Positions 25,262 through 37,080 of a stretch of DNA of 64,000 nt are shown in pieces. Source of the DNA: Callorhinchus milii (lineage: Eukaryota); assembly GCF_018977255.1 (NCBI RefSeq), contig NW_024704743.1, positions 2,668,001 to 2,732,000 of the forward strand. Reading direction: 5' to 3'. A program made the position numbers and the translations under genes. The notes beneath the pieces are model-generated. The model was not told the DNA's origin and made no database searches. It saw only the letters and a program-made list of their open reading frames with translations. The stretch's first letter is position 1, and the number at the start of each line of letters is the position of its first letter.

Positions 25262-27496
25262 AGATCTCCTGTTCAGCCGATCATCAGAACAAGCGAGAAA
25301 CGGAGGAAACTGCTGTCACGTTCCCTGTTTAAGGACACTGAGAAAGGCAACCAGTTTGTTTTCTTGATGGGTTAAGTCACAGACATAACGTATGTCTCCT
25401 GTTGTAGGCTTTGCTCTGAAAGCTTGGCAAACGCTGCCGGATTAGCAGAGACGATTGGATTAATGAGTCAAATTGTGTAGAAAATGAAATAAATGTGGCG
25501 TAAAATTGCATTTCATTAGCGAGGCTTTTCGGATTAACAAGCGACTGAGACACAGCTGCAGATACTGTCACTTCCTGGTTAGGCAGCCTGTTTAACACTG
25601 CTGGATAGACACCACGTTTCACATTTCACACTCGCAAGTTTCATACATGTTTCACACACACACACGTTTCACACACACCCTTCACAGCACACTGACTGGC
25701 CGACCGACCAACCGACTGATGTCAATTTGTTGGCCAGGACACGGGTGAGATGCCCCTCACTCCGAGATACTGTCCTGCCCAAAGGTGCTAAATAATAAAG
25801 TAATAATAACCTTTGCATTTGTTACAGAGCCTTATCACGTCGCTGAGAGGTCTCAAAGCGCTTCACAGGTTATATTGTGAAAGTGGAGTGACTGTGTTAT
25901 TTTGGGGGACAAACGCAAGTTGTATATAAAGAACAAAAACTTGCATTTTCACAGCGCCTCAGAGCTGGACAGTGGAGCGCGGGGCCGAGAGCGCTACATA
26001 AATACAAGTTGTTGTTGAAATTATTTGAGTTGCAATCCAATCCGATTCCTGGATTTGACACAGTGGCAGATAGCTTTTCTCTTCTCTTTGGTTGCAACAT
26101 CAGGCATTAGCCTGCAAAATACACAGTCACTACACCTCACAGTGTATCCTGTGACCTGCTCTGAGATGTTCACCTGACGTGAAAGGCGCGATATCAAATG
26201 TAAAGCTTATTAATGCTTTACTCGCCGGCTACCTACACTCGCAAGAACAATTTCTACTTAAAAACAGACTGCAGCATGTTAATATTGCCCTACAAGCCAT
26301 GCCAGGGGCTGGAAAAGCAGGACAAGCCTTTATAGCACTTGACATTCCCTTGCTGTCACTCTCTCTCTCTGTCTCGCTCTCTCTTCCCCCTCCCCCCAGT
26401 GAGAGACTGCAGATCCCAGCATTTTCACTGATGACCTGACTATTCAGCAAAGCACACGGCATATCATTCATTGCTGCTTGGATTCGCTGCGCTGCAATAA
26501 TGAGCCAGCAGAAATGTGACAGATGCAATTATCGCAACTGTGTCCCTTGCTGTTAGCCTGTCTCGTGTTATAATTAAAGCCTTTCTTTCCCTCACTCGCT
26601 TCTGGCTGAATAAACAGCGCATTTTTTTTTCCATTTTTGCTTTTAAACAAAAACCAGGAAATAATAATCTTTCTCTCGATTGTCACCTCCTGTATCTGTT
26701 CAAATTGTTAAAAAAACATAAAAGGACTTAACATCGGGTGAAAACCCTACCTTGTGACGTCTTTCAACCACACCGAACCTTCACTCAGTAGCTGCTTCAT
26801 GTAGCTTTGCTCATAACTGCCCCACCATTGAGAGCCATTCTACCCCTTCTCTCTGGAACTCTGTCCCTCCGACTTTTGGTCACCTGCCCCCTACCCCCAC
26901 CCACCTCGGCCCCCACCCCAGGACGGGTACCCGACCAGCAATGTCAAGTGCTTTGAGACATCCTCCTGACATGAAAAGTGTTGTGATAATCATAATAATA
27001 ATAGCAATAACTCTTGCATTTGATGTAGCGCTTTATCAGTTCTCCCCCCTGAGCTCCCGTTAACACTGGAAGCCAAAATGCTTCTGGGTCGGGTGATGCT
27101 GGGTGGTCCCAGCTGGACAGGCAGCAGCAAGCTTGCCAAGCAATAGTTGTCGTCACAAGCTGTGCTGATTTAGCTGGTTACATTCCAGCAGCGCACCCAA
27201 ACCACACTGCGGACTGACTCCCCAAGCTTTGGCTCCTGCCAACCTGCGCCTGTGTGCAAAATTATATTCTTCCTAAATCCCCCTTCTTTTTCCTGGTGAT
27301 AATCCTCTGTTTATAGTCCTCTTGTTACTGACTCGAAGCTCAGTATAAATATAATGCCTCGTAATCGCTGTTTAACCTTCTCTGCTCCAGGGAGAACAAT
27401 CCCAACATTTCGATCCTCTCCTCTCCGGTGGGGGAGTTGGCACCAACCCAGACACAATGGGGACAAATGGGCTGCGTGTGTCTGTACTGTTTGTCA

Positions 27497-27920
27497 GCCT
27501 GGCTCAGTGGTCGCACTCTCTCTCTCTGTCGCTTGAGTCAGAAGATTGTGGGTTCAAGCCCCATGTTCGACATTGTGCTCACAGTCTAGGCTGGCCACTC
27601 CAGTGCTGTGCTAGGGGTGCACTGCAATATCGGGGGAGAGGGGCATCTTGTGGATGGAGTTAAATCGAGGTCCAGTTTCGTCTGCCTATTCAAGTGGATG
27701 TTAAAGATCCCTTTGAAAAGAGACTGGAGTTTATTCTGGTCTCAATGCCCCCAGATAAAATGGGTCATTCACCTCACGGCTGTTTTGGGGTCACTGTTGT
27801 GCGCAAATTGACTGCCATGGTTGCCTACAAAATACACAGTCACTACACTTCACAGTAAAATCCTCCGAAATGCTTTGAAATGTCCTCCCGAAGTGAATCT
27901 GCGATATCAAATGTAGGTGC
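27497..27920 (+). mobile_element. Older DeuSINE-like element (SacSINE1/AmnSINE-type body)
   Basis: Head agcctggctcagtgg...gggttcaagccc and body ttaaatcgaggtcc...gtggatgttaaagatccc, with the shared 3' core. Confidence 0.7.
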
Positions 27921-29136
27921 TCAGTGAGTGGTCAGTCACGGTGCAATATCCAAAGGTTCAGCAATGCTGTTGGGAGTCACTGTAGATACCTGGAGTCCCT
28001 CTGTGTGGACAAGCAGCAGCCAGATGCCACTTAGACCAACACAATCCACTGGCTGCTTATACACAAAAGGTGTCTTGGATCGACAGTTACACCACGTGGT
28101 TTCAGGCCAAGTTGGCAGCAGCCTGGCACAGCGACAACGGCAATCTGGCAGCACATCATCCCTGAAGTTCTGCAAACGTACTTTTTGTCTTTGGCAATTG
28201 CTGCAAAGCTGAAGCTCGTCAGCAGGTTGTGGGTTCGAGCCCCACATTATCCGATGCTCCAGCGCAGTGCCTGGGGTGTGGGGGTCACATTGTTGGAGAT
28301 ACCTTTAGATGAGACGTTAAACCGAGGTCCCGTCTGCATGTTCAGGTGGGTGTTAAAGATCCCGCTGCGAAAAAAGAAGGGGGTTTCTCTCTCTCTCTCT
28401 CTCCTGGTGTCCTGGCCAACACGTAGTCACTCGCTCAATCCATGACTGTTTGTGGGACGCTGTTGTGCGCAATTGGCTGCCGCGTTTCACCCACAGAATA
28501 TACAGTCACTACACTTTACAGTATATCATGTGAAGCGCTTTGAGAGGTTTATATTTAAGTGAAAATTAGATCCAAGAATGAGCCGATGAACTACTAAAGA
28601 CAAAGGTGTCAGCAGTCTGGTTGCTGAGCCAGGTAGGTCCACAGTACTCCATGATGACAAGACTATTGACAGCACAGTGCAGCCTGGCTCATCGGCAGGA
28701 CCTGGAAGGTTAGACCAGTCACTGGGGGGGGGTGGCAAAGAATCCTCTCACTCGGCTCCTGTAACCCTGCAGCCAAAGCCCTAACTAACGGGAATTGTGG
28801 TCCTAGCTGGACAAGCAGCAGGAAGCATGCCAACCAGTGCTTCATACTCTCCAGAATTTGTTAAGCAGGATGTTTCCCTCTCAGAGAAAGTGATTCCATT
28901 CCAATATGTGTGAATGGCATATGCCAAATTTTCAGCTTGGTTTGGATATTCCTAAACATGGTGATGGTTTTCACACGCGTCCCATACCCGGCTAACCCCC
29001 AAAAAAGTCTTAATATGGGCTGGGAACCCATAACCTGCCAACTCAGCAATGAGAGTGCTGTCAAGTGCTCCAGACTGACCCCAGGCATACAGTGAAGGGT
29101 CCAGTCACAAACACAAACACCCGAGAAGGTACTTAC

Positions 29137-29210
29137 AATGGGGCTGGCATTGACGTAATCTGAGTTTGAAAGACTTGACTCTGCTTTCAATGTGACTCTG
29201 GAGTTATCAT
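29137..29210 (-). CDS. PTPRN2: PTPRN2 exon 16 equivalent, 74 bp, phase 1/0
   Basis: Bounded by ccacag| and |gtaagt. Encodes (Y)DNSRVTLKAESSLSNSDYVNASPI, containing the PTP DYINA motif. Confidence 0.97.
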
Positions 29211-29586
29211 CTGTGGGAAGGAAGCATTTGAAGACATCAGTTTCCCAGCACAAACTTCCTACCTTTATTCACTTTATCCCTCTTTTCTTTACCTACCCCC
29301 CCCCCCACTCCCACCCTCTCGCCCCCTCAGACCCTGAGACCCTTGACCTTCCAGCGCCTTTGGACGTTTTCCTGTCATATCAATATAAATTTGTTGTTGC
29401 TGTTCTTTCTCCTGGAAGCTTGGATTCAACAATAAAAAGGAGCATTTATATAGCAACCTTCAAGCTGGAAGCTTAACTCAGGGGCAAGAGCTCGACCAAC
29501 TGATCCAGGCTGACAGCTGCACATTAGGAAATATTCTGAATATATTGTCATTTAGAGGCTACAATCTCACCGAGAGAGACACTTAC

Positions 29587-29734
29587 ACGGCAGGACCTGG
29601 TGAGACCTATTCTTGTGTGTGTTGTCCTCCCTCTCAGCCACGCTGCTGTTGTTGGGCTCCGCTTGATATGCGTCCAGTGCCTCCCATTCCTTCACCAGAC
29701 GATTTTTGTTCTTCAAATGATCCTCCATGTAAGA
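29587..29734 (-). CDS. PTPRN2: PTPRN2 exon 15 equivalent, 148 bp, phase 0/1
   Basis: Bounded by ttccag| and |gtaagt. Encodes [49 protein letters not shown]. Confidence 0.97.
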
Positions 29735-31047
29735 CTGGAACATACAGAGAAACATTTAACCAGGTCTCTCCGAGACTAACAGCTGCCATAATAATAATAT
29801 TATTAATAATAACAATAATCATAATAATCCTTGCATTTGATATAGCGTCTTATCCACATCATTGGGACGTCTCAAAGGGCTTCATAAGCGGAGGTTATGA
29901 ACCCATAACCTGCCAACTCAGCAATGAGAGTGCTGTCAAGTGCTCCGACTCTTGGCTCTGGGTCAGTAGGGAAGTGGGTTCAATCCCCAGAGTAGGTCCT
30001 GAACTCCCAGTGTGGGCTCAAACCCCAGTGTGGTGCTGAGGAACCGGGCGTTGTTAGATGTGACGTGCCTTGGTGGCTCAGGTAGATTGTGCGAGACTCA
30101 AGTGGAGTATAAACAGGCTGGTTGGACGAGTGGCCTGTTTCCACGCTGTAAATTCACTGTAAAATCTTTGTAAATATTCTGCCCTCTTCCGAATCCAGCA
30201 ACCAGGCACAGCTTCAGCTGCTATATTTGCTGAATTAATGAGCACAAATATTAACAGATCGTGTGAAACGCTTTGAAATGTGGGAAGGCTACACATCTCA
30301 GATGCCAGGATTATTACTAAGCAGTTTCCCTGCAGTTAGGAAACCTGGTGTTAAACCTCGCTTCATTTCAATAATAATAATAATAATCCTTGCATTTAAT
30401 TTTAGTGCCTTATCACCTCACTGAGATGTCTCAAAACGCTTCACAGAATATAATGTAGAGCGCAGTGACTGTGTGTTTTGTGGGCTAAACGTGGAAGCCA
30501 GTTCTGCATGGCAGCAGCCCACAGACAGTCTTGGAATGAGTGACCGATTTTATTTGGCGGCCAGGACAGATACAGTTAAAATGCCAGCTACGTCAGGGGC
30601 CAGACAGTGCTAGCACCACAGAGAGGCTCTCGGTCGGTGCCAGCGACACAATTAGTAACGCCAACGGTGCTCCATTTTCATGAGAAGCCAAATCAAATTG
30701 ATCAGGAATGGCTAATGTGTGACGGAGTAGATATAAATTAGCGTTTGGGTGGTCTGACTAACGAAGGCACTGCCTTTGACAACAGCACCACCGCTTCATG
30801 AATTCACTCGAGGTCCAGACTCACAAGTACAGTCTTCTGCCTGGTTATTGTTTGCAAACTGTAACTTACAGATAGTGGATTCTAGCTGAGACACCCCCAA
30901 CCCCATCACCGCCTGCCCCTCCCCCCCACCCCGCCCTTACCCCCTCCGCTCCCGTGCCCACCACCCCTAACCCCCCACTCTAAATGTTCCTTTCTCTTTT
31001 CTCGTTGCCCACTCATTGTTGGAATTGAGGACTAGCCTTCTTGGGGG

Positions 31048-31451
31048 AGGTAAGTGGGGGTCTCCTTGGAGCTAAACTGGCTCCAAGGTGACATGTATGC
31101 CAACCCTCTGTGATGGTCTCTAGTCCGGTTTCTGAGCCAGGCGGTACCCCAGGGCACTGCCAATGTACCCCCTGCCCAGCCTGGCTCATCAGCAGTTCTT
31201 TGAAGAGCCGACCAGTCACTGGGGGCAGGGAATCCTTCCACTCATTTCCTGTTAACCCTGCAGCCAAAGCCCTAATGGGAGGGTGGTCCAAGCTGAACAA
31301 GCAGCAGGAAAGCTTGCCAGACAGCGCCATCGATGGAAAGTTATATGGTTTTAGCTGGTGAGACTCCAGCAGTTACCCTAACACAAACTCTGCGGACCCC
31401 AAGCCTTGGCTCTAATACTTTCCAATTAGGTAAACAGGATGTGTCCCTCTA

Positions 31452-31492
<41 letters not shown>

Positions 31493-31620
31493 TTGCATTC
31501 CAACAAACATCTCTGGAATATCCATATAAAGGTGGGATGCATGGAACCTTCAGCGTGGTTTGGATATCTTTAAGCATGGTGATGGGTTTCCGTGTGTGTC
31601 AGACACTCGGCTGAACAAAA
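31048..31620 (+). mobile_element. Family-B repeat, near complete
   Basis: Same start aggtaagtggggg, internal (GA)n, and end gtgtcagacactcggctgaac. Confidence 0.75.
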
Positions 31621-32264
31621 AATAGATAGTAATCTCTCAAGAGGGGTTAATGCATGAACCAACCAATGAAAAAATGAATTAAGGAACCAAGGCATGAATG
31701 GGGGAATCGCATTGTGATTACAGACCAGCTTCCCACTTTGTGATGTAAGCTGAGCCTCCTCAACACTGGCCTCTCCTCATGTGCTTCCAACTCACATTGA
31801 TAAACCCATCTTGTTCTGAATTATAAGTAAATTCCATGTACGAATGTCTGCAATAAATTCCCACCTACATTATTGTAATAATAATATCCTTGTGTTTGAC
31901 AGAGTGCCTGATGAGGTTCTGGAATGGTCTCAAAGTGCTTCACAGGATTTACTGAAAAGTAAATCACCGAGTACTTTGTAGGATGAACGTGGCAGCCAAT
32001 TTGTGCACAGCAATGTCTGACAAACAGTCCCCCCCAAAATAATGCGACATTTCTCCTCTCTCCGTCTCATTTTTCTCAATTGAATTCCTTGCCAAATAGC
32101 TCTCTAATTCCCTCTTGAATTCGTCAACACAATCTGCTTCCAGCTCCTCCTCAGAGAGGCTAATTGCACATATTCACCGCTCTCTGTGTAAAATAATTAC
32201 TTCTGAACTGTCTGCTCATCTTCCCTCTCCTGGGCTTGAGGCTACCGCCCCTTGTTCTGGTGTC

Positions 32265-32672
32265 AGGCCGGCTCATTTGGTAGCACTCACACCTCCAGTC
32301 AGATATTGAGTGATTTCCAGCCCCAAGTCACGACTTAGAACTCTAGGCTAGTAGGGGTGTGTTGCCTTGTCGGAAATGTCGTTGTTTAAAACCGAGGTCC
32401 CGCCTGTTCTGGTGGACATTAAAAGATCTCTTTTGGCACAATTCGAAAAATAAAGGGAGTGCCTCCCAGTGTCTTGGCCAACAGTCCCCCCAGATAAAAC
32501 GAAAATTGGTTGTTCTTTTCATGGCTGTTTGTTTGACGTCGCTGTAAGCAAAATTGGTGGCCGTGTTCGCTTGCAAAACACGCAGTCACCACACTTTACA
32601 GTAAATCCTGTGAAACTGTTTGAGATGTCCTCCCGACGTGACAGGCATCATACTAAATGCAAGGATTATTAG
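32265..32672 (+). mobile_element. Older DeuSINE-like element
   Basis: ttaaaccgaggtcccgcctgttctggtggacattaaaagatc...gtgtcttggccaac, plus core and tail. Confidence 0.7.
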
Positions 32673-32689
32673 TTTTTGACCATTATTAT

Positions 32690-33035
32690 AATAATAAACA
32701 ATCCTTGTATTTGATACATTGCCTTATCACATCGTTCAGATGTCTCAAAGCGCTTCACAGGATATATTGAAAAATGTAGTGACTGTGTATTTTTTGGGGT
32801 GAAACACAGCAGCCAATTGAGCGCAGTAGTGTCCCACAAACATGGATTGGGTGACCCATTTTTTTTTAGGGATTATTACCCTCGGAAAGTTATCTGCCAA
32901 TTGACTAACAATCAGGTTCCTGGTTACTGCGAGGTAAACAGAGGCGTGTGGAGTAAGGATAACTTGCCTAAGGTCTCTCCCTGCTCGGGAATCAAACCTG
33001 GATCCTCTTGTTTGCGAGGCGAGTGCTCTAACCAA
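32690..33035 (-). mobile_element. tRNA-derived SINE, near full length
   Basis: Head, core and tail motifs present. Confidence 0.85.
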
Positions 33036-33716
33036 TAAACCACCCCCTCTCCTTTCTTTGCCACAAATTGTCAAACAATGATACACAATAGTCATTAAAT
33101 GTAAATGGCTGTTTCATTCCTCAACGCAGTGCTTTTTTTAGAAAAACTATGACGAATGGAATGAAAAATGACATTAATTTCGCCTGAGATGAGCTCACTG
33201 ACATTTTTTTATTATTCTTTTTATTAAAAAATGTCACTTCGATTTTTTGTCAGATTGTTAACAAATAACTGCGGCCAAATAATCTTCACGGTGCAAGAAA
33301 ACCCCCAAAATGATCAGGCGCAGGTACTTTAGGAGCAATGGGTGAACCCTGGTCATTCCAAGACTCTGGACAAACTAATAATACAACTTATTATTATTAT
33401 TATTATATTAATAATAAAATCACCCAGAAAATACACAGTCAATCCACTGTACGGTATATCCTTTGAAACAATTTGAGACGTCCCAACAACGTGATAAGGA
33501 ACTATATCAAATGCAAGGATTATTATTATTATTCACACTCACCGTTTCTTTTGGTGTTTCGGTGGGCGCCAATAATAATAATCTTATTCGATACAGCGCC
33601 TTATCAGGGTGTCGAAACGTCTCAAAGAGCTTCACAGGATACACTATAAAGTGTAGTGACTGTGTGTTTTGTGGGTGAAACATGCAGTAAGTGTAAGGGA
33701 GATAGAGGGTCATTAC

Positions 33717-33914
33717 CAGGATCATGTGGCCGGTGGAGATGTCCATGTTGGACTGGACGGGCTCCTCACACCAGGAGGATGTGCTGCTGCGTGTGGAGGG
33801 GCTGGGCTGGGGCCCGTCACTGAACTGTGAGGAGACGCTGCTGACACGAGAGGCTCCGTGCACCGGCTCCGGTCGCTCCGAGGACTTGACGGACATTCTC
33901 TGGCGGCACAACTC
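33717..33914 (-). CDS. PTPRN2: PTPRN2 juxtamembrane exon (human exon 14 equivalent), 66 codons, phase 0/0
   Basis: Bounded by ctccag| and |gtaatg. Encodes [66 protein letters not shown] and completes the YQEL sorting motif across the junction. Confidence 0.97.
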
Positions 33915-33992
33915 CTGGAGCACAAACAGGACAGAGATCAATCAGGGTCCTTGTCAGGACGGCAGTGGTCAGAGCCAGCCCTGCCCGCAGCT

Positions 33993-34267
33993 CCAACACC
34001 AACAGCAACACCAACAGCAACAGCAACACCAACAGCAACACCAACAGCAGCAACAAAAACACCAACAGCAACACCAACAGCACCAACAGCAACACCAACA
34101 GTAACACCAACAGTAACACCAACACCAACAGCAACACCAACACCAACAGCAACACCAACAGCAACACCAACAGCAACACCACCACCAACAACAAAACCAA
34201 CAGCAACAACAAAACCAACAGCAACAACAACACCAACAGCAACACCAACAACAGCAACACCAACAGC
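33993..34267. repeat. 12-bp repeat (CAACACCAACAG)n
   Basis: Directly visible, about 75 bp from the exon 14 acceptor. Confidence 0.95.
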
Positions 34268-34589
34268 CCTGAACAACTCAAACATCGAACTTTAAGCCAC
34301 CGTTTAACAACAGACAGATTACAACACATTCACTGATTGTGGAGTCCTGTAGCTCAGTGGTTAGAGAACTCGCCTCATAAGCTGGGTTGGATTCCCAGGC
34401 GGGATGAAACCTTAGGCAAGTTTCCTCACGCCGTATTTTTGAGGTTCAACCAGGTGGAAATCCATCACCATGTTTAAGGTTATCCAAACCAAAATGAGAT
34501 TTCCATGGGTTTACGCAGCAGTGAGTATGAACCTGGTTGGTAAAGAAGGGAGAAGCCCCTTCTCTTTTGGAATAGTGCAACGAGATCTT

Positions 34590-34960
34590 TAACAGCAATA
34601 CTTGCAGTTACACAGCGCCCCCTCACACAGGGCAGCGTCCCAAAGCGCTTGACAGTGGCGGAGCACGATGCTGAGCCGGGAGGAGGGGGAGGTGACTGTC
34701 GGCACTGGTCAAAGAGGAAGGTCTTAAGGCTTGACCTGAAGATGGGGAAGGAGGGGAAAAAAATGGAGGGATAGAGGGAGAGAGTTCCAGAGTTTCGGGC
34801 GTAGAGGCTGAAAGTGCAGACAACAATGGTGGAACGGAGGATGTGAGGGACAATCAGGAGGCTGGAGCCAGTTGAGCAGAGGCAGCGAGTATGGAATTGG
34901 GGGGTAAGCAGGTCGGAGAGGAAGGGAGGTGCCAGGGCATGAAGGGATTTGAAAGCGACC
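34590..34960 (-). mobile_element. L2-like LINE 3' fragment
   Basis: Similar to the 3' part of the 50211-51585 element (gagttccagag, gaaggtctt...gcttgac, agcgctt tail). Confidence 0.6.
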
Positions 34961-35164
34961 TGTCTGCCTGTTGAAGTTGATTTTTATCAAGCAGACGGGC
35001 CTCAGTTTAATATCTGATGTGAAGGACGGCATCTCCAACAATACAGCGAGGGGAGGCACCGTCCTTTGGATGATACATTGAACTGAGGTCACTCCTGGCT
35101 GTTCAGGTGGACGTTAAAGATCCCGATGAAACATTTCGAAGGTAGTTAGTTTCTTCCGGTGTCC

Positions 35165-35515
35165 GAGCTTACAGGAATCCTACAGCTCAGTGGTTAGAGC
35201 CCTCGCCTGGCAAGCTAGAGACCTGGGTTTGATTCCTGGGCAGGGTGAAACATTGGGCAAGTTTCCTTACACCACACACCTCTATTTAACAGCAGAAGTA
35301 GTCTGTTAGTCAATTGGCGGATCGTTTTTCTGGGGTCAATAATCCCTTAAAAAAACAATAATTTGGTCACTTAATCCACGAATGTTTGTGGGACGTTGCT
35401 GTGCGCAATTGTCTGCCGTGTTTTGCCCACAAAATATATAGTCACTACACTTAGCAGTATATTCTCAAGAATGTGAAAAGGCTCTATATCAAACACAAGG
35501 ATTATTATTATTACA
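35165..35515 (+). mobile_element. tRNA-derived SINE, full length
   Basis: cagctcagtggttagagc...gggtttgattcc, plus core and (TTA)n. Confidence 0.85.
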
Positions 35516-36861
35516 TTATTGTATTATATTATTGTTATATCATTATTATATTATTATTGTTATATTATAATATTATTATTATAACGCCGTAAAGGGGTTT
35601 GAGACATTCCCCCCGACATGATAGGCACAAGGATTATCACTGTTATGAATCAAGTCCCCTTCAATGTCACTCCTTTTTAAACGCCGATGTCTCAGGCCTC
35701 TACACTTCTCCCAGCCCAGCCAGCCGTTTCCTTTCCCCTGTAGCTGTCATTCACCCTGTAAATATAAGCCCTGCTTCCTTATTAACTCAACTTCAGCTCA
35801 TTATAAAATCAATATGGACTTAACCGCCAGACCCTCAGGAGGAATAGCAAAAAGGTCGTCGACAGAAACGTCAACAATTGTACCGGTGGTGAAAAGAAAA
35901 AGACGGTTAATTACTAGGACAAATCATTAACACTGTCATAAGACAACAATGCTGGTCAGGATAATCCCAGCTTCCACAGGAGTGTGTGTGCGGCTGCACA
36001 AACCACAGTAAAGCATCTGTCTCGTCTCAACTACATTTACATTTATATAACATCGGGAGGACGTCTGAAAGGGATTCACACGACTGGCTGCGAGCCCGAG
36101 ATTGGGGGGGCTGTGGGTGGGTGGGTGGGTGGGTGGTGGGTGGGCGAGGGGGCGATGGGGTCAGGTATCTGAAACTACAGCAGTAAAGATAGTCTTGAGG
36201 GACCTCAGAAGTCGTAAAAGTAAAATTTATGATGTGCGAATCATGGTTTTATCTCGTTAGCCTTAAGAACGTGGCCTCAATATGTCAGACGATGTGGAAT
36301 TTCTTGGAATCAGTCTTCACGTAGAATCCTCTCCATTTATTGATTTAAAAATAAACAAAAATAATAAATAAATAATAGAGAAAGAGAGAGTGTGAGAGCG
36401 ACAGAGCGAGGGAGAGGAAGACAGAATCAGAGAGAGGGGGGAGAGTGAGAGAGACAGAGAGAGACAGAGAGGGAGAAAGAGACAGAGAGAGTGACAGAAA
36501 CAGAGAGAGAGTGAAAGAGAGTGAGCACAACCACAAAAAAAAAGCTGAGACCTTTTTTGGACTCGTTATTGCACTTCCATTCGCAATTCTGGTGCCTCTG
36601 AGCAATAATAATCAGCAGCACCTTGAGAAATAATTAGCATCTCCACGTGTAGGTGGGAATCAAACTCAGGTCTCTCGCTTGCGAGGCGAGTGCTCTAACC
36701 ACTGAGAGCTACAGGACACCACGTAAGGACGATTATTATTAGCAATTTGATATCGTACCCTCTCCCCCTCCCCCCCATTCCATGTTGTTTATTCTCTGGT
36801 GCAGGTTATAAACGTCCTCTCCCTCCTGTATAAAGTAATCCCAGTGAGGAGGTCACTGTAC

Positions 36862-37080
36862 CTGATAGGCTGTAGTGGCATCTGAGCTGGTGTTGGGCTC
36901 AGCTCCCAGTGAGCTCAGCTTGTGTTTCAGGCTGTGGTGGGGGCTGTGCCTCACACAGTAGACGATGCCTGATGCCACCAGGACCCCAATGATGCACAGG
37001 ATTGAGATGATGGTTAAGACAATAAACTTGGTGGATTCCTGCTCGTCTGCCTGGTGTGGGGACGCCTGCAGCTTGCTCTT
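36862..37080 (-). CDS. PTPRN2: PTPRN2 transmembrane exon (equivalent to human exon 13), 73 codons, phase 0/0
   Basis: Bounded by ctacag| and |gtacag. Encodes [73 protein letters not shown], a hydrophobic TM segment resembling phogrin [30 protein letters not shown]. Confidence 0.96.

Noticed and set aside
30608..30632. REST/RE1 site (tagcaccacagagag)
   Set aside because: The right half lacks the GGACAG core, so the match is too weak.
33724..34104. Plus-strand poly-Q/H ORF antisense to exon 14
   Set aside because: It is the antisense shadow of the exon plus the CAACAC/CAG repeat, with no independent support.
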